Origin: Spirochaetia bacterium
Lineage (GTDB): Bacteria; Spirochaetota; Spirochaetia; SZUA-6; Bin103
DNA: 64,000 nucleotides
Direction of reading: 5' to 3'
NCBI GenBank assembly: GCA_965198005.1
Contig: CBDAOI010000002.1
Span: 96,001-160,000, forward strand
The position numbers and the translations under genes are program-made. Positions 19,901-29,639 of this stretch are shown in pieces. The notes beneath the pieces are model-generated. The model made no database searches and was not told the DNA's origin. It saw only the letters and a list, made by a program, of their open reading frames with translations. Position 1 is the first letter of the stretch, and every line of letters begins with the position of its first letter.

Positions 19901-21253
19901 CCCCGGCGTGGCACTCGCGGCGGCGGACAGGCGGCCGCAACGGCGACACAGTACGTGCGATGCACCAGCACTCGACTCCAACGGCCGATAGTACTCGACT
20001 CCGAAGCCCGGCTGGCTCGGGTCCCGCACCGCCTCCTCCAGCCTGCCGTGACGCTCACGGCCGACGTAATAGTGCTGACCGCATTCGCGACACAGCGCGA
20101 TCTCCAGCGGCACGGATCCGGTCCCGTTGGCCAACTCCCCCTTGCGGTTGAGAACCACTGCGTCCCGGCCCTCGCGGTGAACGAGGAACGCACCTTCCAA
20201 CGCGCGCAGGAACGTATGATACCGCCGCGGCGACCGCTGATCGCCCGGCCGCGACGAGCCGAAGATGACGCCGGACGGCGAAAACGATTCTCCGAACAGC
20301 TCCGCAGCGAATTTCGCCACGGCGGTCTTGTCGTCTTCTCCCTCGCCGGAGGACAGCGTTGCGCTGGTGGCGATGCACCGGAATGGCTCGCTACGCCCGC
20401 CGGTGGTCAGGCGCTGCTTCAGGCGCCGAATCAATATGCCCATCTCCATGCCCTTGGCGCCCCGGTACTGATGCGCCTCGTCCAAGACGATGAACTGCCA
20501 GCGCGTGCCGCGCCCGCCATCGAACAGCGGGCTGTCGTCGGGCCGAATCAGCAGGTACTCGAGCATCGAGTAGTTGGTCAGCAGGATATGCGGCGGCGTG
20601 ATCCGCATCTCTTCCCGGAAGATCAACTCCCCGGTGAGTCGTTCTTGCTCTCGATCCGCCGCGTTGCGCCACGTGTCGCTTCTGCTCTTGGGTGTCTGGC
20701 CGGTGTATTGTCCAAAGGTCGGACGAAAATCCGACCCGGCGATGCTCAGCGATTTCGCTATCTCACCGAGGCGTTCCCGTTGATCGTTGGCGAGCGCATT
20801 CATCGGATAGAGAATCATCGCACGCACGCCCGGTTGACCCAGCTCGCCCGCGAGATGCTGTCGGTACAGCTCGAACAGAATCGGGTAGAGAAAGCTCTCC
20901 GTCTTGCCGCTTGCGGTACCGGTCGCGACCACGACGTTCCGCCGCTCGCCGTAAGCAGCCCGAACCGCGCGCTCCTGGTGTACGTACAGCGGCCCGTGCC
21001 TCAGTCCCGGAAGCAGCCGGTCCGCCATGCCTGGAAAACACTGTCGCGCCAACTCGTGTGCCTCCGCACCGTGCTCGAATCCGCGATCGGGTTCGGGATA
21101 CGGCCCCTTCAGCAGACTCCCCTCCTTCCCAAGAGCGGACTCGAAGGAATCCCGCAGCGCGCGATCTTTGAAGAAGAATGATGTCTTCAGGTAATTCTCG
21201 TAGCGACTTCGAATGGTGTCAGTCCACCGTTCGACGTGTTCTGCTTTGGGCAC
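16967..21253 (-). CDS. SF2 DEAH-box helicase with C-terminal DUF1998/MZB domain (DruE/DrmB/DpdJ-like)
   Basis: TGTASGKTE, YPMNALANDQ, DEAH, SATL, FEVGVDIG, QRVGRAGR, LYDNVPGGAG, CGCDSSCYGCL; GTG start with AAGGGGG RBS. Confidence 0.92.
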   Translation of the reverse strand: MPKAEHVERWTDTIRSRYENYLKTSFFFKDRALRDSFESALGKEGSLLKGPYPEPDRGFEHGAEAHELARQCFPGMADRLLPGLRHGPLYVHQERAVRAAYGERRNVVVATGTASGKTESFLYPILFELYRQHLAGELGQPGVRAMILYPMNALANDQRERLGEIAKSLSIAGSDFRPTFGQYTGQTPKSRSDTWRNAADREQERLTGELIFREEMRITPPHILLTNYSMLEYLLIRPDDSPLFDGGRGTRWQFIVLDEAHQYRGAKGMEMGILIRRLKQRLTTGGRSEPFRCIATSATLSSGEGEDDKTAVAKFAAELFGESFSPSGVIFGSSRPGDQRSPRRYHTFLRALEGAFLVHREGRDAVVLNRKGELANGTGSVPLEIALCRECGQHYYVGRERHGRLEEAVRDPSQPGFGVEYYRPLESSAGASHVLCRRCGRLSAAASATPGCTCGAPAALHVAKCASHKEQPDQLKECATCGYRRGGVGDPVQEIVHGSDGPNAVIATALHELLPETGRKLLAFADSRQEAAFFAWYAEDSYGKLRDRNLMLRALQQGAIAPEGLSIDDLRSRLLSQWDHAGLFSASDTAEGRRRRVLESILSEALTDERRLSLSGVGLLKWSVEIPDDVALPEVARMPPWSLSEQDTRGLLAYLLDELRLRGALALPAEAGAPAWNDVSPWPQASYGIGAPGRRRNVRQWGSAASAVVAHFLHRLLSDSGLSDEDKRSVSIRLMRQAWSVLRTRDGNSRPADQLLSRGSANGTFRLNSRWLRIALTRSDEIWECDTCASISLHSIRAVCPRNRCPGRLRVADQRRLSNNHYRILYESASLPPTLHAEEHTAQIASDEARQRQERFKNGDIHLLSSSTTFEVGVDIGDLEAVFVRNVPPEPFNYTQRVGRAGRSETPGFAVTYCRRNPHDLYHYEKPCERIINSPLQPPRLQVTNTKIVVRHMAATALSAFFRDLGKGGRFINVQQFVGDWQAPDAVSELKRFCHGNAALQSALKRIVPEPMHPATGLTSGGWVDHVAGPESRLAEVELEVCADYRAMQEAKEVLIREQPKGWTTKVGHIERRMRTIAEEQTLSFLSRKAAIPKYGFPVDVVELDTRSGQSRESTGVALQRDLSQAIAEYAPGGKVIADKREWESVGVKIVPGKALQTPYYDYNEARNFTQIEDSGPRPPGMRQYLIPQFGFVTALFQQPKEPRGRVRRLYTTRPFFKGFGGDVRLETRKLFGIEVTKALPGTLVVLCEGHNRQGFYICLTCGSHLTEQEHEHRTPWDTPCSGTLRHFSLGHELVTDVVRLQVPHLNGEWMAYSVGYALLLGAAERLGVPDTDLNVTIAGVDATAAVASTTASIVLYDNVPGGAGLVAQLEREEVFAAVLRHARDRVSGACGCDSSCYGCLRSYRNQFAHPHLDRKEALEILSISASS

Positions 21254-23441
21254 GTCGTTGTATCCCCCTTAGTGCATCGATATTGAAACCGTACGCGGTA
21301 TGGCGCCGCCAGTCGATAGGAATATCCACCTGCTTCGCAGCGGCAGCCGTCAGCCCTGCGGCGTGGATCTCGCGCAAACTGAATCCCCTTCCGGGCCGCC
21401 TGCCGCGCCCATGCGTGTGCGTGACGTAGGCACGCAATCGACCGATCTTCAGCGGAGAAAACACGGTTACTTCTGCGTGTTGTGTCACCTTCTCGCCAGT
21501 CATCACCACATCCGGATGCGCATGGAACGAGACAATCTCTGGAACAGCATCAGCGATGACACGGACCAGTGGCACAATGGATGAGCCGCATCGAGCATGC
21601 AATAGAGCATCCTCGTGCAACCAGCTATCGATCTGCGAATCGTCCGCGAAGTCGATGAGAGGAAGCTGTACCGTGCGAATCAAGTCCTCTGTCTGTATTG
21701 AGCGATAGCTTCTGGTCAAGTCATGATCGAATCCCACGTCTACGGCATTGATCTCCCGTGGTAGACGGATCCGAACCACAGAGTCGGAGTTGGCGTGGTC
21801 ACGAAACTCACTGCGCGTCATCGCCAGCCGTGTCGCGCACCAGGGTGCTGATTCCTCTCCTTCGTGCCCAAGACACCACCAAATCCTCGGTAACCTGATC
21901 ACCACCTCGACACTGCCCGATGGAGTCTCTAGCGAGCAGGCAACCTCGTCGGCAGCCGGATACGGAGCCACCATCACGGCCGCTTCCTCTTCCACCCATC
22001 GTTGGTGGGAACCTGGTCTCAACGAGGGCCGAATGGCTGCGCCCTTCACCCCCACGAACTGCACCTTGGTCGGAGTATGGCCTTCTATCGCTGGCGCCAG
22101 CAGCGTTTCCCCGGTGTAGGGTCTACCATTTACGAGGATCTCGCGGAGGCCCTCGACGTAGCGGAATTCGCCATTGTCGCACAGCTTCGTATCGCTGTCG
22201 TACACGCGCACAAAAAAGCGTCCCTGACGTTGATCCAGCACGTCCGCCAACGGGCGTTCCGCGGGCAGGAAGCTTTCCCCGCGCCAGCCGCCATCCTTCT
22301 CTTCGCCGACGCGCGCCCAAGTGACTCCGCGCCCCGGTCTCAGTTCCGGAGGCCTGCCAATGAACAGTCCGCCTTCGGTCGAGTCGTCGTAGAGTCGCTC
22401 GCCGATCAGCGAGAAGCCCGCGCGGGTCAGCTCCAAGTCGCACTCCTCGAAGCCAACGCCGTCCGCTGACGGGTCGCCGTTGCGAAAGAAGTAGTGCGCC
22501 TGGAACGCAGGATCGGCGCTCGCCTCCGGTGCGACCGGCGCGCGCCCCCTGCGGTTCCATCCTGTCGGTGCTATCACGATGAAGTGACCGCGACTGACGG
22601 CGTCGATTCTCCGACCGACACCGCTCCACCTGTCGGCCAACTTGAAGATCATCGGCGCTCGCGCGGTGCATAACGGAAGCTCGGTTGCACTGCCGTCCGC
22701 ATGATCGACGGAGAGAACCCCCGCAAAGGATGAAAGGCGGTACTCGGCCCGTTCCGCGCGTAGGCGGGTGTCGTCGAGCCGAACGCCGGTTACATTGCAT
22801 TCGTCGGGCGCCGACAAGACTACCCCCCATTGCCATGACCCGGGCGCCTTTCGGCATATCAACTCCGGTAGGGCAGGAGGCGGGGCTGGGCGGTTCGCTG
22901 CCCTCGGGACGGCGACCGCAGCGCGCACGCCCCGCCGTGCGCCGTGCCTGCGCGGTGGCCGACGCGGTGTTGTCGCACTACCGCGAGAAGGTTCCGGACC
23001 GTGCTCCGCAGGCTGTTGGGCGATGCGTTGGCCAATTTCTAGCTTGCGGAAGTCCGGCCCGACCAATCGCCTGTCGAGAGTGAAAACGGTCGTCACACCG
23101 AGCTGAGACATCAGCGCGCGGCTGGTTCGGGGGATCAGAGCACCCAGATCGCGCTTGCCCCGGGTAAGGGCTCGGGCATGAAGCCCGGAATCGACCGTCA
23201 GAACCGTCACGCGCGGTTTCAGCTCGGCGAGGAACGCCCGCGCTTTGTCGAATCCGAGCCGTGCCTGCACGAGCGCCAGCAACTCCGCGCACACGTAGCT
23301 GGAAGTGATCAGCGGAGCCCCGGAGCGCAACAATTCGTCCCAGGCCGAACCAACCTGAGCATGCGCCTCATGGGTCGGGTCAAGCAGCGCGTAAAACGCT
23401 GTCGTGTCGATGAATATGGCGTTTCCGTCGGAGCGCTCCAT
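21219..23441 (-). CDS. Fusion protein: N-terminal PIN (VapC-like), uncharacterised middle, C-terminal ribosomal protein L13e-like domain
   Basis: N-terminus IFIDTTAFYALL...TSSYVCAEL...VFTLDR; C-terminus RPGRGFSLREIHAAGL...IPIDWRRHTAYGFNIDAL; stop overlaps the helicase start. Confidence 0.75.
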   Translation of the reverse strand: MERSDGNAIFIDTTAFYALLDPTHEAHAQVGSAWDELLRSGAPLITSSYVCAELLALVQARLGFDKARAFLAELKPRVTVLTVDSGLHARALTRGKRDLGALIPRTSRALMSQLGVTTVFTLDRRLVGPDFRKLEIGQRIAQQPAEHGPEPSRGSATTPRRPPRRHGARRGVRAAVAVPRAANRPAPPPALPELICRKAPGSWQWGVVLSAPDECNVTGVRLDDTRLRAERAEYRLSSFAGVLSVDHADGSATELPLCTARAPMIFKLADRWSGVGRRIDAVSRGHFIVIAPTGWNRRGRAPVAPEASADPAFQAHYFFRNGDPSADGVGFEECDLELTRAGFSLIGERLYDDSTEGGLFIGRPPELRPGRGVTWARVGEEKDGGWRGESFLPAERPLADVLDQRQGRFFVRVYDSDTKLCDNGEFRYVEGLREILVNGRPYTGETLLAPAIEGHTPTKVQFVGVKGAAIRPSLRPGSHQRWVEEEAAVMVAPYPAADEVACSLETPSGSVEVVIRLPRIWWCLGHEGEESAPWCATRLAMTRSEFRDHANSDSVVRIRLPREINAVDVGFDHDLTRSYRSIQTEDLIRTVQLPLIDFADDSQIDSWLHEDALLHARCGSSIVPLVRVIADAVPEIVSFHAHPDVVMTGEKVTQHAEVTVFSPLKIGRLRAYVTHTHGRGRRPGRGFSLREIHAAGLTAAAAKQVDIPIDWRRHTAYGFNIDALRGIQRRAQSRTRRTVD

Positions 23442-23612
23442 AGGAATCCGAAACTGCCGTGATAATACACGACTGGGCACACGTCTTACCATAAGCGGTG
23501 TGCCGGTTGCGGCTCGCATCCAGCGCGGTACTCGGGGCTGCGCGGCCCCGAAGGCCGGTATCTGCGCCCAGCCGGTGGCGGGCACGCAGCAGACGTTCAG
23601 AAACGGCCGGCT

Positions 23613-25697
23613 TCACCGCTGAGGCAGGCTAGGTCGCACCGCGTCCAGAACCACTTCAAGACACTGGTCCAGGTCGCGTGATAGTTCGCGGACGCTGAAG
23701 CGCGTCACCTGCCACCCCTCGGCCTCGATGGCTCGGTCCCGGTTGGAACTCGCTCCCGGTTTCCGAGGAAAGGCAGCCCCATCGCACTCGACGTCCAGTC
23801 GAACCTCCCCGTCTTCGACAGCGACGTCGAGTCGGTGCCCCGCCACCACTGCGCCCGTTCTGGCGGGAACGCCACGGCGCAGAAGCGCCTCGAACAATTC
23901 CATCGCGACCGGACTGTCGAAACCGCTCGCTTCGATCCTGGTCACGTAGCCCGCCAAGCGCCTCAGTACGGTCTCATGTGCGATCCACGCTTCGATGTCT
24001 CCAATGATGACCAGGCGACGGCGCGCACGCGTCAGAGCGACGTTGATCAGATTCCGGTCGGACACTTGCCGGACCACAGCCTCGGCCTCGGCGCGATTGA
24101 TCCGGCTCCGCCCGCGCGGACCGCGGGCGGCCTGTCCCGCAACTCGTACCCACTCGATGGCACGCAAGCCGGCGGGTGGCTTCCGGTCGCTGCACAGCTC
24201 CATGTTCCCGTCGTAGAACTCGGTATTGGCGAAGCCGATGATGGCCGGATGCGACCGGAAGTGCAGGTCGAGGAACAGGGGCGGCGCCACGATCCGCGCC
24301 ACCGCCAAGTCGAAACAGCTATGGTAGCGGTAGCTGAACGCTTCGGCGCGCTCCTCCGCCAAGCCCCATCTCCGCGCAATGAGCCGCTCACGCGCGTGGC
24401 TGAGCGTAGTGACGTGAATCAGTTGTCGCTGATCGCCAATGATCAGCGCACGCTCCGCACGCACGAGCAACGGTAGCGCGGACGCCACGTCGCACTGTGA
24501 CGCCTCGTCTATCACCACCAGATCGAACAGCCCGGGTTGCAGCGGCAGATTGGTGCGAGCGGAAAGATTCGTCACCTGCGACCTCCTCCCTGAGAGCGGC
24601 GCCCCCGGCTCGCACGACGATCCCGTGCGGGGAGGTCTCGCGCAGCCGATCGACCACGACATCCACCGCCTTGTTGTTCTTCGACGCCAGCAGCACGGTC
24701 TCGCCGCGGCATACGGCGGCGGCTACGACATTCACCAGCACCTGCGACTTTCCGGTCCCGGGCGGGCCGGTTACCACCGTGAACTGGTTCGTCATCGCAG
24801 CGTGCACCGCGTGATCCTGCGCCAGGGAGGAGGGTACGAGCGTCGGATGCGCCTCCGGGAGCGGCGGTTCCGCAACCGAACCGGTACCCAACAACACGGC
24901 GGCCGGGCCACGCCGCAGCAGCTCCGGCCGATTCGCCAGTTCGTGCAGGTCGACGACAAGGTTCCGCACGAATGGCAGGCGGCCTGACGTTGCCATCAAA
25001 CCTCCGGGCTCTCATCCACCGCTTTCACGAATGCCTCACGCTCATCCCGAGCGAAACCGAGAAGATCAAGCGCGAAGGGATTGAGCTCCACGAACTCACC
25101 GGGGCGTTGGCAACGCCATGTTCCGTGTTGGAACTGTAGTCGCACCTCGGTGAGCAGCAACGGGGATGCGGCGATGTCACCCGGTCCCGAGGACGTGCAC
25201 CCCACGATGAGCGGCCAGCCGGCTATCTGCGTCTCGCCCACAGCCCGTGCGCGCCGCTCGCACCAGTCGCGGCTGTCCGGATCATCGGATACCGAGATCG
25301 AGGCATGGAACGGGCTCTTGCGGCCGGCGAGCTCGATATGATCGCGACTGCCGGGAACCAAGCGCAGCGAGCCGGCGGCTTCCGCTTCTACGCAATCGCG
25401 AAAGAATCCGACCAGGGCGACCAACTCGTCCTCAGGTGGTTTGTTCCGGTCGACCATCGTCTGCCGCGCGTGGATTTCAGGGGCGCCGTTGAACATGCGC
25501 ACCTTGCCCTGGACGCGAACCTGATCGCCGGATTGCGGAGCCAGGCCGGCCTCCCACCACACGACCGTCAGCTCATCGTCGCCTTGCGCGCGTAGCGTCG
25601 CCTTCACCGCCGGGCCGTTCCCGGTCGCGAAAGTCCGTCGCCTGCCTACCTTGCCCACCACGTCGACCGATTGTCCCTCTGTCAGGGGGTGCTGCAT
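23613..25697 (-). pseudogene. Deleted copy of the OB-fold/SF1 helicase/DUF559-like gene
   Basis: Matches 35444..38686 but lacks three internal segments (about 231, 782 and 145 bp by manual alignment); split over three ORFs. Confidence 0.9.
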
Positions 25698-25896
25698 CAC
25701 TTCGTCTCCACGTCGGGTGGCCGGGGCCACACCATGCCACGCTACCGCGGACGTGATCGCGCGAACCGATCGGCGTGATAGTATAGAATACTTGGCATAA
25801 TGGCCCTCCCGGCGGCCGATCGCCCTGCCGTCTGCCGGGCCCGACGCAGGAGCCCGCCCGATAACTGATCTCCCGCGCGGCAAGGAGCAGGTTGAA

Positions 25897-26106
25897 ATGG
25901 AGTACACGGCTATCGTCAAACGTAGCGGAGAGTGGTGGATCGGCTGGATCGAGGAAGTGCCCGGCGTCAACTGCCAGGAACGCACTCACGAGGAGCTCCG
26001 CAAGAGCCTCGCCGAAGCCCTCTCCGAAGCCCTGGAATTCAATCGTCGCGAGGCTCGCGCCGCTGCAGGTGACAACTACCGCGAGGAAAAAGTCGCCGTG
26101 GCATGA
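25897..26106 (+). CDS. hicB: HicB-family antitoxin
   Basis: MEYTAIVKRSGEWWIGWIEEVPGVNCQERTHEEL. Confidence 0.88.
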   Translation: MEYTAIVKRSGEWWIGWIEEVPGVNCQERTHEELRKSLAEALSEALEFNRREARAAAGDNYREEKVAVA

Positions 26107-26291
26107 AGCGGATCCAATTGCTGAAGCATCTTCGGCAGAGTGGGTGCAAATTGATTCGGGAAGGAAGAAGACATTCGTGGTGGTGCAACAACCGTGGGGA
26201 CCGACGCTCCGCGATCCCCAGGCATAGAGAGATCGATGACACGCTGGCTCGGAAGATCTGCAGGGATCTCGGCGTAGAACCGGTCAAGTAG
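26103..26291 (+). CDS. hicA: HicA-family toxin
   Basis: LLKHLRQSGCKLIREGRRHS...IPRHREI...ARKICRDLG; ATGA overlap with hicB. Confidence 0.9.
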   Translation: MKRIQLLKHLRQSGCKLIREGRRHSWWCNNRGDRRSAIPRHREIDDTLARKICRDLGVEPVK

Positions 26292-26360
26292 GAGATCAAC
26301 CCCAACCGCTCGGCCTCCGGAACATCAACACCGGCACAGCGAATGAGGTAGTATGCCCGC

Positions 26361-29300
26361 GTGGAGCAGCGGTTCTTCGAACAACCGATCCTCAACTCGC
26401 CGTACGAGTACCCCGCCCGGCACTGGGAGCTGGACGCGAACCGGCAGCCCACCAACCGCATCGTGGAGCGCCGCCGCACGGTGTCGTTCATCACGCCGAT
26501 CCCCGCCGCCCGCAAGCGGCGTGCGAAGCAGCAGGAGATGGTGTTCGACCAGGCTGCCAGGGCGCTGGCGACCGACGGCCAGCAATACGACCTGACCGCC
26601 ATCATCGAGAGCGTGCGCCACAGCGTCGGCGAATGGCGCAGGCTGCCCCGCGCCCAGTGGCGGGTCACCCCCGAGACCGCGCGCCTGCTGGAACACTGGC
26701 GGCACCACCAGTTCAGCGACATCCGTCCGTTCTTCTGTCAGGTCGAAGCGGTCGAGACCGTGATCTGGCTGACCGAGGTGGCCCCCGGCCCCGGACGCGA
26801 GGGGCGGCAGTTCGTGCAGCGCCTGGAGGCGGCCAACGAGGAGGCCAATCCCGGCCTCGCCCGGCTGGCGCTCAAGCTCGCCACCGGCGCCGGCAAGACC
26901 ACCGTAATGGCGATGCTGATCGCGTGGCAGACCATCAACGCCGTGCGCCATCCGGGCAGCCGCCGCTTCACGCGCGGCTTCCTGGTGGTGACCCCCGGCC
27001 TCACCATCCGCGACCGGCTGCGGGTGCTGCAGCCCAACGACCCGGACAGCTACTACCAGAGCCGCGAGCTGGTGCCGCGCGACCTGCTCGGCGACCTGAA
27101 CCGGGCCAAGATCGTCATCACCAACTACCACGCCTTCATGCCGCGGGAGACGCAGGAGATCTCGCGCGGCGGGCGCGCCCTGCTGCAGGGCCGCGGCCCC
27201 GAGCTGCGCACGCTGGAGTCCGAGGGTCAGATGCTGCAGCGCGTCATGCCCGGCCTGATGGGCATGAAGCAGATCATGGCGTTCAACGACGAGGCCCACC
27301 ACTGCTACCGCGAGCAGCCGGACAAGGAGAGCGACGAGGCCAAGCTCACGGGCGACGACCGCGAGGAGGCCAAGAAGAACAGCGAAGCCGCGCGGGTATG
27401 GATCTCCGGCCTGGAGGTGGTACAGCGCAAGCTGGGGCTGAGCCGGGCGATCGATCTCTCGGCCACGCCGTTCTTTCTGCGCGGCTCCGGCTACGCGGAG
27501 GGCACCCTGTTCCCCTGGACGATGAGCGACTTCTCGCTGATGGACGCGATCGAGTGCGGCATCGTCAAACTGCCGCGCGTGCCGGTGGCCGACAACATCC
27601 CCGGCGCCGACATGCCCAAGTTCCGCAACCTGTGGGAGCACATCGGCAAGCGCATGCCCCGCAAGGGGCGCGCCAAGTCCGTGGCGCTCGACCCGCTGAG
27701 CATTCCCGTCGAGCTGCAGACCGCCCTCGAAGCCCTCTACGGCCACTACGTGAAGATCTTCGACCAGTGGCGCGAAGCCGGCATCGAGGTGCCGCCCTGC
27801 TTCATCGTGGTGTGCAACAACACGTCAACCTCGAAACTGGTCTACGACTACATTTCCGGGTTCCAGCGCCAGCATGAGGACGGCTCCTCGTCGCTGGAGA
27901 ACGGACGGCTGGAACTGTTCCGCAACTTCGACGACTACGGCAACCCGCTCGCCAGACCGCACACCCTGCTGATCGACAGCGAACAGCTCGACTCCGGGGA
28001 AGCGCTCGGCAGGGACTTCCGGGTGGCCGCGACCGATGAGATCGAGCGCTTTCGCCGGGAGATCATCGAACGCACCGGCGACCGCCGCCAAGCCGAGAGC
28101 CTTTCCGACCACGACCTGCTGCGCGAAGTGATGAACACCGTCGGCGTCGCGGGCCGGCTCGGGGGCGCCACCCGCTGCGTGGTATCGGTGTCGATGCTCA
28201 CCGAGGGCTGGGACGCGCGCACCGTCACCCACATCCTCGGCGTGCGCGCCTTCGGCACGCAGCTTCTGTGCGAGCAGGTCGTCGGCCGCGCCCTGCGCCG
28301 CCAGTCCTACGATCTGAATGAAGAGGATCTGTTCGACGTCGAGTATGCCGACGTGCTCGGCATCCCGTTCGACTTCACCGCCGAGCCGGTGGTGGCCAAA
28401 CAGCCGAAGCCACGCGAGACCGTACCGGTCAGGGCGATCACCCCGGATCGGGATGCGTGCGAGATTCGGTTCCCGCGCGTCCAGGGCTACCGCGTCGAAC
28501 TGCCCGAAGAGCACGTGGACGCAACGTTCGACGACGACTCGACCCTCGTGCTCACCCCGGAGATCGTCGGTCCTTCCATCACCCACAACGCCGGGATCAT
28601 CGGCCAGGGCGTCGACCTGAACCTGATCCACCGCCGGGATCTGCGCCTTTCCACGCTGGTCTACCATCTCACCAAGACCCTGCTGGAGAAACACTGGCGC
28701 GACCCGGAACAGAACCCGAAGCTGCACCTGTTCGGCCAGCTCAAGCGGGTCACGCGCCGCTGGCTGGACGATCACCTGGTCTGCAAGGGCGGCACCTACC
28801 CCGCGCAGCTCATGTACCAGGAGCTGGCGGATCAAGCCTGCACCCGCATCACGCGCGCCATCGTGGCGCGGCATCTCGGCGACCGCGCAGTCACGGCCGT
28901 GCTCGACCCCTACAACCCGACCGGCTCCACCATCCACGTCAACTTCACCACCTCGAAGCGGACCCGCTGGCAAACCGACGCGCGCCGCTGCCACGTCAAC
29001 TGGGTAGTCTGCGACAGCGACTGGGAGGCCGAATTCTGCCGCTTCGTCGAGTCGCAGCCGTCGGTACGCGCCTACGTCAAGAACCACGGTTTGGGGCTGG
29101 AGGTCCCCTACCGGTACGGCTCCGAGGCGCGCACCTACCTCCCCGACTTCATCGTGCTCGTCGATGACGGCCACGACGACGACGACCTGCTCCACCTCGT
29201 GGTCGAGATCAAGGGCTACCGCCGCGAGGACGCCAAGGAGAAAAAAGCGACCATGGAGACCTACTGGGTACCAGGCGTGAACCGCTCCGGCGCCTACGGC

Positions 29301-29378
29301 CGCTGGGCCTTCGCCGAGTTCACCGACGTGTATACGATCCAGGAAGATTTCCTGCGTGCGGTCGGGAAGAGCCAGTGA
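26361..29378 (+). CDS. res: Type III restriction endonuclease Res subunit (BPTD_3080-like)
   Basis: PILNSPY, KLATGAGKT, NDEAHHCY, LSATP, MLTEGWD, QVVGRALRR, YLPDF...VEIKG. Confidence 0.92.
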   Translation: MEQRFFEQPILNSPYEYPARHWELDANRQPTNRIVERRRTVSFITPIPAARKRRAKQQEMVFDQAARALATDGQQYDLTAIIESVRHSVGEWRRLPRAQWRVTPETARLLEHWRHHQFSDIRPFFCQVEAVETVIWLTEVAPGPGREGRQFVQRLEAANEEANPGLARLALKLATGAGKTTVMAMLIAWQTINAVRHPGSRRFTRGFLVVTPGLTIRDRLRVLQPNDPDSYYQSRELVPRDLLGDLNRAKIVITNYHAFMPRETQEISRGGRALLQGRGPELRTLESEGQMLQRVMPGLMGMKQIMAFNDEAHHCYREQPDKESDEAKLTGDDREEAKKNSEAARVWISGLEVVQRKLGLSRAIDLSATPFFLRGSGYAEGTLFPWTMSDFSLMDAIECGIVKLPRVPVADNIPGADMPKFRNLWEHIGKRMPRKGRAKSVALDPLSIPVELQTALEALYGHYVKIFDQWREAGIEVPPCFIVVCNNTSTSKLVYDYISGFQRQHEDGSSSLENGRLELFRNFDDYGNPLARPHTLLIDSEQLDSGEALGRDFRVAATDEIERFRREIIERTGDRRQAESLSDHDLLREVMNTVGVAGRLGGATRCVVSVSMLTEGWDARTVTHILGVRAFGTQLLCEQVVGRALRRQSYDLNEEDLFDVEYADVLGIPFDFTAEPVVAKQPKPRETVPVRAITPDRDACEIRFPRVQGYRVELPEEHVDATFDDDSTLVLTPEIVGPSITHNAGIIGQGVDLNLIHRRDLRLSTLVYHLTKTLLEKHWRDPEQNPKLHLFGQLKRVTRRWLDDHLVCKGGTYPAQLMYQELADQACTRITRAIVARHLGDRAVTAVLDPYNPTGSTIHVNFTTSKRTRWQTDARRCHVNWVVCDSDWEAEFCRFVESQPSVRAYVKNHGLGLEVPYRYGSEARTYLPDFIVLVDDGHDDDDLLHLVVEIKGYRREDAKEKKATMETYWVPGVNRSGAYGRWAFAEFTDVYTIQEDFLRAVGKSQ

Positions 29379-29408
29379 GTGGATTGATTACACTTATCGG
29401 AGGTGAGC

Positions 29409-29639
29409 ATGTCCAGTTGTACGATCTGCGGCTCGGACGAAAGGCAAGGAAAGCTTGTAGAAGAGGTGTTCCGAATCGATGGACAGTATGTGCTGGTTGA
29501 CCATATCCCGGCGAACGTGTGCAACCGTTGCGGCGAAGAGACGTTGAGCCGAGAAACCGCAGACAGGATCCGTCTGCTGGTCCGCGGAGAGGCAAGGCCA
29601 ACCCGGTCCATTGCGGTTAAGGTTTTCGAGTTTGCTTAG
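29409..29639 (+). CDS. YgiT-type zinc-finger protein
   Basis: CTICG...IPANVCNRCGE; only the last codons of a DUF4258 partner remain upstream. Confidence 0.85.
   Translation: MSSCTICGSDERQGKLVEEVFRIDGQYVLVDHIPANVCNRCGEETLSRETADRIRLLVRGEARPTRSIAVKVFEFA

Larger units (their letters stand above)
23199..26549. repeat. Duplicated block, copy A (PIN 5' part, SF1 helicase, hicBA, res 5' end)
   Basis: Direct repeat of 35183..39335 with scattered SNPs and different internal deletions; the hicB region looks identical. Confidence 0.92.

Noticed and set aside
16967-21253. Calling the locus canonical DISARM, Dpd or Druantia
   Set aside because: No adjacent DrmA/PLD, DpdA or DruA-D recognised; only the DUF1998 helicase is shared.
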